Of a stretch of DNA of 64,000 nucleotides, positions 52,788-64,000 are shown one piece after another. Position 1 is the stretch's first letter, and the number at the start of each line of letters is the position of its first letter. The DNA comes from Felis catus (Eukaryota). The DNA lies in contig NC_058368.1 of NCBI RefSeq assembly GCF_018350175.1, positions 105,464,001 to 105,528,000 of the forward strand, read 5' to 3'. The position numbers were made by a program, and so were the translations under genes. The notes below the pieces were generated by a model. It was not told the DNA's origin. It saw only the letters and a list, made by a program, of their open reading frames with translations, and made no database searches.

Positions 52788-54639
52788 GTGTCACCTTGTT
52801 AAATTAGCTTTTATTTTAACTGAGTCCATTACCCTTCAAATTTTATATGGGATTGTTTTTCTACCTCATAGTTGAATTAGTTTGTATTTTACATCGAATT
52901 ACTTTGAAGCTCCTCTTTGAAAGCAGTTCATTTTGATAGAAAACTTGGGTCAAAATTTGATTTTGTTCAGTCTTACTCGTACCTGAGGCACTGAGGATGA
53001 TCATTTGTTGACTGATATTGTAACATCATTTTGGACAATAAGATTTCTTTTGCAACTTTTATCCAAGGAAGAGCACTAGTTACAACAAAAGAAAGTGTAA
53101 TAGTTCAGAAGAAATTAACTGGACTTGGACAGGTTTGTTGGTGTTTCTAAATATTAAAATACTTTTCACATTAATGAACAACATTTAGTCCCTGCTAGCA
53201 GGTAAAAAGAGTCATGCAGTGCTAAACTGAGCCATGTGTAGTTTTTATTTTCTTAGAGTTTGAGATGTAATGACAATACAGTACTGAAGAAGTTTAGATC
53301 TTACAGCATAATGAGTGGACTTACATGGTATTGTGAATTAGTTGCCACAATAAGTTTAGTTAACATCTATCATCTTGTACAGATAGAAGGGAAAAAGAAG
53401 AAAAACATGTTATTTCCCTTGTGATGAGAACTTCTAAGAGCCGTGTGTGGTTTAAGAAATGTCTGTTTTGTGGCATAATTGGTAGTAAGACATCCAGAGT
53501 GCGTGTTCAAAAGATAGTTAAGTACTGCTCCTCCCTTCCTGCCTGTAGTTTTGTGGGGTTTTTTGTCTCTGTGTACTTTAGTTTTGAAGATTCTATATAA
53601 TTTGTGTTGAATTCATTTGTTCTGAATGTTCATAATAGTTTCATAATAGCTGTATCTGATAATTCTTCTTTCTACAAAGATGGATTAGTAAATGTGGTCC
53701 TAGTCAAAAATTGCTCCTTACCATGCACATGCACATTGGTTAATTATGGGTTTTTCATTTTTATGTTTCGTATCAGCAAAAGCTAAAGTAATAGTTGATT
53801 AATGGCGTTATGACAAAAATTGGCAAGATACTTCACTGGGAAGTGAGGTGTCAAATCCAGTGACTCCTGTTTAAAAAAAGAAACAGGATAAGGTCGGTTT
53901 CTTGTAAAATGTTGGATACTTTGCAAAAACCTTTGTTACCCATTTATCATTCATGAAATTTTTTATTTCAGGTAAAAGCCGAGGAAAAGATTTTTAGTGT
54001 TTTGCCTCAGTTTAAAGTACAATTGTAATAGAGCTTTGTTTTTTTCCATGGAGTTTTAAATTAATTCTTAATAGTAATAGGCAGTCTTTTAGTGTTGATT
54101 TTACTTGTGGGACTAAATAGCAGATCACTTTGGTCTTTTCATTGCTTTACCCGTCACCTATTATACTCACTGACCTCTCTGAATCTCTGTGTACTCCTGT
54201 AAAATGAGGGGTTTGGCTTAATGACCTGTGAGTTGCCTTATAGTACTAGGATTCCGTGAGCTTACACTTCAGCAACCACAGAAGTGAATGGAAAGGAGGG
54301 AGGGTGCTAGGTGGTGATGAAAAATTTGGGTCACCAGTCTGTCCATTCATTTTGCAGGTGTTCTGTGCTCATCCTGAATTAGGGTTGGGTTCTTTGTTTT
54401 TTACGGAAAGATATATAGATGAATGTAAGTGCCTTTTAAAAACAACTTTAACACGTGGTTCATCTTAAAGGTAACTTTTGACTCCTTTTGTTGTAATCAG
54501 TGAGCTGATGAACTTGCTTGGGATCCATTTAATCTTCTCTCGAAGTCTAACTTGCGTGAAGATTTTTTGCTATATCATTTTGACTAGGGTATACTTTTTA
54601 AGTTTTAAAATGATAGTTGTTGAAAGTAGATTTACAGTT

Positions 54640-57170
54640 TATTAGAGCAATATTATTGAAGTAAAATTCACACATAGTGAAATGTAGATTTTAGGTTTAC
54701 AGTTGTGTGAGTTTTGGTAAGTATATAAACCTAGCTCAGTCAGAATACAAAGTATTTTCATCATACTGGAAACTTCCTTTATAATCATTCCCTCACGTCT
54801 AGCCCAGGGTGGGCCTTTATTACCTAAAAGGTACTCTTTTTGTGTCATACCTCAATATAATATTTTTAGAATTCATCCGTGTCGTTCTATATGTTAGTAG
54901 TTTGCTGTAGTGTAGTATTTTACTACATACATTTTACTGTATATTACTCTGTTTTATGACTGTACATTTGTAGTAACAATAATTTGTTTATTTAGTACCT
55001 ATTGGACATTTGGGTTATTTTTAGTGTGAGGCTATTATGAATAAGCTTGACAAGAATATTCTTAGACAAGTCTGTGTCGATGTCTATGTTTTTATTCATG
55101 TTGGGAGATTATGAGTGGATTTGTTGATTCATGGGGTATTTATATGTCTCATTTATAAGAAATTGCCAAATAGTTCTCCAAAGTGGTTTTACCATTTTAT
55201 ACTACCATGAATATATGAGACTTAAGTTTTCCATGTTACTGCCAACACTTGTTATGTATTTTTAATTATAGCTATTTTGTAGATAATTAATTATGGTAAG
55301 CATCTTTTCATGTGTTTATGACCATTTGTATATCTTCTTCTGTAATGTTTTCAAATCTTTTGCCAATGTTTAAATTGTGTTATCTTTTTTTATTTGTAGG
55401 AGTTTCTAAATATATTCTGAATACGAGTGATTTGTCTAACATCTGTATTATGGGTTTTCCCCCCCAGTTTTTGACTTGCCTCTACATTTTTATAATTTTT
55501 TTAATGCTATGTTTCAGAGTGTAGAAGTTTACTATTTTGATGAAATCCAGATTCTTGTGTTTGTGTGTACAGCTTTTATCTACTGGCCTGAAATCTTTTG
55601 CTTATCCCAAGGTCTTAGAGATATTCTTCTTTGTTTTATCTAGAATCTTTATAGTAGCTTAGGTTTTGACTATTAGTAGTATCAAAGGAATTTTTTAATA
55701 TTAGTGCGACAGAGATTGTGGTTTTCTCCTCTTGCTACCCCACTGTGTACGTATCCACTTGTTCCTGCACCATTTTTTGAAACGACCTATCTTTTCTCTG
55801 TTGAATTAATTTTTGTGCCATTGTTGAAAAATTTGTGTTTTTGTCTAGACTATATGCTATTTCATTGATAAGTTTTGTTTCTCCTATTATGCTAGTTAGT
55901 ATTGATTGCTTAGCTTTATAATTTCAGAGACTTCCAAATTTGTTTTTCTTTTTTAAGATAGTTTTGGCTCTTTTAGGTCGTTTGCATTTTTACATAAATT
56001 TTTGAATTAGGTGTTTTCTGCTAAATAGTAAAAAAATAAAATAAAATCTTAGTGGGGTTTTGGGATTCCAGCCTTAAAAATATTTTGGGGGCTCGTTTGG
56101 TTAAGCATCTGACTCTTGGGTTTGGCTCAAGTCATGATCTCATACTCTGTGACCTCGTTGTTTGTGACACCCAAACCTTCATCCGGCTCTGCACTGACAT
56201 CACAGAGCCTGCTTGGGATTTTCTTTCTGCCCCTCTCTGTATGCCTTTCTCACTCTCTCTCTCAAAATAAACTTAAAAATCGTTAAAATCTTTTTGGAGG
56301 GCACCTGGGTGGCTCAGCCGGTTAAGTGTCCGACTTCGGCTTAGGTCATGATCTCGCGATTTGTGAGTTCAAGCCCTGCGTCGGGCTCTGTGCTGACAGC
56401 TCAGAGCCTGGAACCTGCTTCAGATTCTGTGTCTCTCAATCTCTCAGCCTCTCCCCTGCTCATGCTCTGTGTCTCTCTCTCAATAATAAATAAACATTAA
56501 AAAAAATTTTTTTTTAATTTTTTTGGGAAGAATGGTTATGGTAACAGTATTGAATCTTACAGTTGATGAAAATGGTATATCCATATATTTAGATCTGTTG
56601 TTTCTGATAGCATTGTTTTGTATTTTTCTGTATAGATGTCTCGCATATACATTATTAACTTTGCCCTTACATGTTTCATGTCCTTTGTGTCAAATGGTAT
56701 TTGTAAATTTGATTTTCCATTTTTTTGTTTCTTATGTATAGAAATAAAATAGACTTGTTGTATTTTAGTCCCAGTAGTCTGTGATCTGGCTAAACATAAA
56801 CAGACGTATCATCAGTTAATAGACATGGCTCACACTTTGTCTTTACAATTTTTAGGATTTTTTTCTTTCTTTTGTTGAATTAGCTAGGAGTTCCACTACA
56901 GTGTTTAATTGAAGTGGTGAGAATAGATATCATTACCTTGTTCTCAGTCTTAAATGGAATGAGTGCAGTATATCACAACTAAGAAGTTGTTAGTGGGGTT
57001 TTTGAAGATGTCATTTGTCAGATTGAGGAAGTTCTATTTCTAAATTGCTGAGAATATTTGTTCATGGTTGGATATTGAATTTTGCCATGTATTTCCTACA
57101 TCTTCTGAAATGGTTATATGGTTTTCTTCCATTATTCTATTACTATCACAAATTATATAGTTTTTTAAAT
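54640..57170 (-). mobile_element. Old minus-strand L1M with two inserted CanSINEs (~56086-56285 and ~56298-56505, +)
   Basis: 'ttccaaagtggttttaccattttatact'-like and 'catcttttcatgtgtttatgaccatttgtatatcttcttc' antisense L1 motifs. Confidence 0.75.
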
Positions 57171-57179
57171 CTCTCTCTC

Positions 57180-57370
57180 TCTCTTTTTTTTTTTTTTTCT
57201 TGAAAGAGTGTGAGCAGGGGAGAGGCAGAGGGAGAAAGAAGGAGAATCTTAAGCAGGCTCCATACTTTGAATGGAGCCCCACATACAGCTCAATCTCATG
57301 ACTGTGAGACTATGACCTGAGCCACAGTAAGGAGTTGGAGACTCAATCTATTGAGCCGCCCAGGCACCCC
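57180..57370 (-). mobile_element. CanSINE
   Basis: T tail and reverse head gagccgcccaggcacccc. Confidence 0.85.
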
Positions 57371-58304
57371 AGAATGTGTAATTTTTAACAAAGCAAATTT
57401 AAATTGAAGATAAATACGTACTTTATGCCAATTAGTAAAGTACCAGGCTGAGAGTAGTAGGTCTTTAATACTATCTTTTGATGCTAATGAAAAAAAAAAA
57501 AGGAAAACAGCTTTTAAAACTGGTTTCCTCTAGGAAGCAAGAGTGGAAGTGAAAGAAACGGGGCAGAGAACATTTACATCAGGAGTAAAAGTATAAGGAG
57601 AACAGCAGCTGCTCTTTTATTTTCTATTATCCATTTGCTCTTCTTATATTCTTGGAAAAAATGCAAATCTTTTAAAAATTAACAAAACCGGTATGAAACT
57701 TTAAGGTTTACACATCTTAATTTGTAAAAGATAAAATACAGTTCTGGAATGTCAGAATTTGCCTACCTTTATTCATCATTCCTGAGGTGAATTTCCCCCT
57801 CTCATTGTTCCCGCATATTGAATGCACCTGAAGATACATATTTTTTCTTCTTTGTAATAGAAAGACTTGAAATCATAACTATAAAGCATATGATGGATGA
57901 ATTCTTTGCTTTTACAGGTCCTGTTGGTTATGTTTCTCATTTTAAAATTTATATTGTCAGCTGTTGAAACCCATGAGTCATTGTTGATTTCAGTTAACCT
58001 TTCATGATGACTTAATTTTCTCATTTATGAAATCAGGATAAATAATATGTAATTCATTGTTGGTATTGGCATTAAACAAAAGTAGTTTAAATCAATTTTG
58101 AGAACATATGTTAAATATAGGCTTGATAATTAGAGTATTCTAGGAATTTTCCTGTGATTAATTAGATTATGATTTAGTCTTACACTAAGATCTTTATTTG
58201 ACATAAAAAACTGTCCTTATATAAGTCCATTAGAACTTTTTAGTATTCAAAAATATTTCTGGGAGATTTTTAAGTAATTTCATCTGATTAAAAACCATAA
58301 AACC

Positions 58305-58515
58305 AGGAGCACCTGGGTGGCTCAGTCGAGTAAGCATACAACTTTGGCTCAGGTCATGATTTCACAGTTCACGGGTTCGAGCCCCATGTCGGGCTCTGTG
58401 CTAACAGCTCAGAGATTGGAGCCTGCTTCAGATTCTGTGTCTCCGTCTTTCTCTACCCCTCCCCTGCTTGCTCTCTGTCTCTCTCAAAAATAAACATTTT
58501 AAAAAATTAAAAAAT
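58305..58515 (+). mobile_element. CanSINE
   Basis: Head gcacctgggtggctcagtcg, CT tract and tail. Confidence 0.9.
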
Positions 58516-59564
58516 AAACATGAGTTAAAAAAATACATAAGACCAATCAATACATAGGATTAGGTGGTGGTTGTTTTTTTTCCCAAGATTTCCAAGGTGG
58601 TGGAAATAATTAATTGGTAAAATAAGTAACTAAGGAAGTTTGGGGTGGATGGATTTAAAGTGTAGAATTTTTTTTTTTGAGAGAATTGATAGAATTAACT
58701 ATAAGACCTATTATAGGTATGTCCAAAATGAAGTTTGTGTATTTAGTACTTTATTAAACTATAGGATTTGTTTTTGTATTTGTCTTCATTATACTAGAAG
58801 AATAGGAGAAATGTTCAACTATTAAAAGGCATTTCATTATATGGTCTTATGAACTAAACAGTTCATTAGTATCTAAGAGAAAATGTATATAACTTCATGT
58901 AACTTCAGTATTATTAAAACTAAGTTTGACAATTACCTAGAGGCCATAAATAAATTAGAATTTTAGAAGAATTCTTAGAGCTAAGCGTTAGATTGACTGA
59001 AAATCATAATACTGGTTAATATTTAGGTTAGAAAAACACTTGATTCATGATAGTTCATTTAATGTCCTTGCTGACTATTACATTTAGGCTGGATTTATTA
59101 AAATATAAACTGTATCTATTTAGGAGACCACCATATGCTTCTTTGCAGTTTCTTGTGAAATTTTCTTATGAAGTTTGCTTAGTCTTAATATTCACATTAC
59201 CAACAAATTCCCATATTAATTTAAGTAACTGAAATAATCTCAACTGTGATTTTGAAAGTTACATTAACATTAAAAGCACTACTTAGAAAACCATCGGGAG
59301 ATGATCTTGGTATCTGTGAATCTGAGCAGAAGGCTGTTGCCCGTTTTAGTCTAAGCTTTAGAAGAGAAAATAAGGATTTAAATAGCTGGATGATTTTATA
59401 TTTGATACAGGCAGAATTCTCTGGATGTTGAGAACTGTTAATGAATGAAGTGGGTTGTTAAGAATTCTTTTGTTTCTTCCTGAAAATATGCTCACCCACT
59501 TGCTCGTTAATTTAACTGCTGTGCTTACGGGAGGCATGTGCTTTCTGAATTCTTGTGAAATTAA

Positions 59565-60760
<1,196 letters not shown>

Positions 60761-61495
60761 AGGATTTGGCATATTTAAATGAGAAGAACCTTGAGAGATA
60801 CCTGTAGTTGTTCATGTTAGGTTAGGCTGTAACTCTTCTTCTGCAGTAATATGCAGTACAGTAGGAAGTGTAAAATCTGAGGAGGACTGAGACTTACATT
60901 GGCATTGACCTTCTTTGTATAGGCCAAAGGGATGGAGGAAAGCAAGGGCTATAAGAAAGCAAGCAATGTAACTATTATGAATTCCTGTTTTTACATTATT
61001 TAATTTGTTAGCATGTTTTTAATGTCACTGAAATTAAACCACAAACATTTTTACTTGTAGAGTGGAAAGAGTGTGATTTTGGCCAAAAATGTATTCATTT
61101 CTTAGACAGTATAAAAGACCATTTTCAAAAGCATGACTTGGCTAATCACAGTGAATACAAAATATATTTCTTGAAAAAATCCTGTTGGTACTGCTTTGAC
61201 ATGCTATGATTTTTATTTGCTTGTTACCAATTTCATTTTTGATTTATGGAATCTGTATTAAATACAGCATTATTAATTTGATCATATTTTTGATATCTTG
61301 AGATAATTGTATCATACCTCAATAGTACATAGTTATTTATTCCTTTTCCTTAGGCCTCCCTATTCATTCTATAGTCATTTATCTAACTTTTTCATGTAAG
61401 GTGTTGTCATGTCTCTGAAATGTTTCAAAAAAGAATTAAATAGTTTACTTCAGTAACTAATATTGTTCATTACATTTATAATTCTCTTCTTCTAG

Positions 61496-61642
<147 letters not shown>

Positions 61643-62569
61643 TAATATGTCAACTTTTAGAACTTATTAGGGACCACTGTTAAGTGTGGTAATATACTTA
61701 GATTTTGAAGATTCCCTAAGTGGCCATTTTCAGAGAAATTTATGTATCAGGTTATCTTCTATCTGACAAGGTAAGGAATATTTGGAGATAACAGTCATTC
61801 CAGCATCCACTTAAACCCAGTACTTGGTAACTTTTGACTTCCTACCTTCCATCCCTTCCCCTAATCTTAATTTACATTCTTTAGAATCACTCTGGTCAGT
61901 ATGTTAGGAGCCCAAATTAAACTCTTGGCTTTGTAATTTATTTAAAAGTTCAACTTCAAAAATTAACACAGGGGCAATAAACTTCAAACTAGTGCCCATA
62001 GAGATCAGAAAAGTTAATCTTGTTCCTTGCGATTGAACTCTCAGAAATCCCAACTACCTAAGCCAGGGGCACTGTTACTGGGAAGAATTGGTGAAGTCAC
62101 ATGTTAACATGTAGGCAGGGCATCTGGAATTATTTCTGTACCTTTGAGAAAATATTCCTCAGCACAACTCTATTTTCCTGACTAATGCACATCCACACAG
62201 ATGCTGCTGAGGATCTCTGAGTCCTTTTAGGTTTCTTCTTGTTTCCTTTTTTAAGTCATGTAAGATCACACATCTGTGCTATATATGAGCCATGATAATG
62301 TTTACCAGATCAAAAATTAGGAAAACTGTAAAGAATAAGGGTTATTTTCTTAAATCATTAGTATAAAATTAAATCATTTACTTACACATTTAACCAGTTG
62401 ACTTTACTGAAAATAATAGAATTTCATACTACCTGGGACATGATTCTCATTCAAGCAGTTTTTCTTACCACAGATGACACAGGTTTTCTGGAGTATCTGC
62501 TCCACTTTATTGGGAGGTTAAGAGTGGAGGAGGAAAGGTGAGGGTAGGGGGCAAAATAGTAAACAGAGT

Positions 62570-62860
62570 CAAATGTATAAAATTGCAGTTCTAAAATAAA
62601 TGTCATAGGGATGTCATGTACTGCATGGTGACTATAGTTAACTCTACTGCATATTTGAAAGTTGCTTTTTTAAGAGAGTATATCTTAAAAGTTCTCATCA
62701 CAGGAAAAGACAAATTTTTAACTCTGGTCAAGGATATTAACTAGACTTATTCTGGTCATTTCACAATTTATGTATATAAATACTGAATCATTGCATGGTA
62801 CCCAGGAAACTAAAACGTTGTTACACGTCAGTTATACCTCACAAAAACAAAACAAAAAGA
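62570..62860 (+). mobile_element. L1MA-like 3' UTR fragment
   Basis: 'catggtgactatagttaa', 'atcttaaaagttctcatcaca', A-rich tail. Confidence 0.75.
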
Positions 62861-63266
62861 GTGCAGGAGGAGGGGTTGTTCTCATAGATTGTTCCCCCAG
62901 ACCCATTGCTACTTAGATCCTCCTCCTGGATATTGTCTTCTTTCTGTACTTTTTCTTCGTCTTTTCCTACAGGTGTCACACATTCAGCATTGTCTTTGGA
63001 CTTGGTGTAAAACTTGTGTTTGTAACAGATATGTTCCCCACGTCAACATTGTACTTAAGGTGGAGGGGGAAGTAAATAACCACAAAGGATGAAAAGCCTA
63101 CAGATTGTGGAATTTATAGTGCTTTATGATTTACTGGAGGGCATGCACATCTTTAATTTCAGAAATACATGGGCTGGTTCTACGTTTGCTATCCATTTTC
63201 TTCTGAGCATATTGAACATTTTTGGATAGTTATTCAAAGATTTTTCATTTAATAAAAGTTTATTGA

Positions 63267-63470
63267 GGGGCACCTGGGTGGCCCATTTGGTTAAGTGTCT
63301 GACTTCAGCTCAGGTCATGGTCTCACAGTTTGTGAGTTCGAGTCCCACGTTGGGCTCTGTGCTAACAGCCTGGAGCCTGCTTCGGATTCTGTGTCTCCTC
63401 TCCCTGCCCCTCTCCTGCTCACACTCTCACACTGTCTCAAAAATAAACGTTTAAAAAAATTAAAAATAAA
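63267..63470 (+). mobile_element. CanSINE about 160 nt upstream of exon 7
   Basis: Canonical head; TSD-like aataaaagttt. Confidence 0.9.
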
Positions 63471-63627
63471 AGTTTTTTGAGCACTTGCTTTGTGCTTAGT
63501 ACTGTTTGAGGCTCTGGGAAAACAAGACAGAAATCCTTTCCCTCATGCAAGTTATATGGTAGTGAAAGTGAATCAGTGTATAGACATGAGAGATTTGATT
63601 TTGATTTTTAATATTTGAAATTTCTAG

Positions 63628-63736
63628 GCTCAGATTGTTCTTTTGGTGATTCTACTTCTTGCTATTGCTGATTTCGTCATAGGAACATTCATCCCATTGG
63701 ACAGCAAGAAGCCCAAAGGTTTCTTTGGTTATAAAT
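63628..63736 (+). CDS. SLC12A2: SLC12A2 exon 7 (109 nt, TM5); gene continues beyond the window
   Basis: Acceptor tttctag|; translates [36 protein letters not shown]; donor AAT|gtaagt. Confidence 0.96.
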
Positions 63737-64000
63737 GTAAGTAAAAAAAAAAAAAACAATTTTAAAGGTGCTTATTATAACAATTCCATTAGTAAACAAG
63801 ATTAGTATATTTTAGGTTCTATGTAAAAGAATTGATTTTGGTATAGTTACTCCAATTTAGTATTGTCTCCTTTATGTATATTACAGAGTAAAATACCACT
63901 TTTATTTAACCCTTTGGTTTTTCATTATTAGCAACAAAAGGTAATAGAATGTAGAAAAATCAGTGCTACTGAGGAAAGGTGTTTTTGTTCTTTATAATTT

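Overview
Felid (cat-family) genomic DNA, inferred from the SINEC_Fc-type CanSINEs. It carries the 5' part of SLC12A2 (NKCC1, Na-K-2Cl cotransporter 1) on the + strand: a CpG-island promoter (~11.7-13.7 kb) and coding exons 1-7 (12845-13576, 41409-41528, 42854-42929, 43228-43323, 59623-59762, 61496-61606, 63628-63736). All introns are GT-AG and the exons join in one open frame (1384 nt, 461 codons + 1 nt); the gene continues past the window. The rest is intergenic or intronic DNA with about 30 tRNA-derived CanSINEs, L1/L2/MIR fragments, MaLR/ERVL LTRs, hAT fossils and microsatellites. Most ORF-track entries are repeat- or GC-derived noise. I see no new multi-gene system. The most interesting signals are a spliced exon2/exon3 junction that exactly rebuilds the exon 2 donor, a perfect TCTCGCGAGA (BANP/CGCG) palindrome in a probable bidirectional promoter, a contracted poly-Ala linker between the SPAK docking motifs, and young or nested SINE insertions. 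Repeat subfamily names and human comparisons are from recall, not database searches, and repeat boundaries are approximate.
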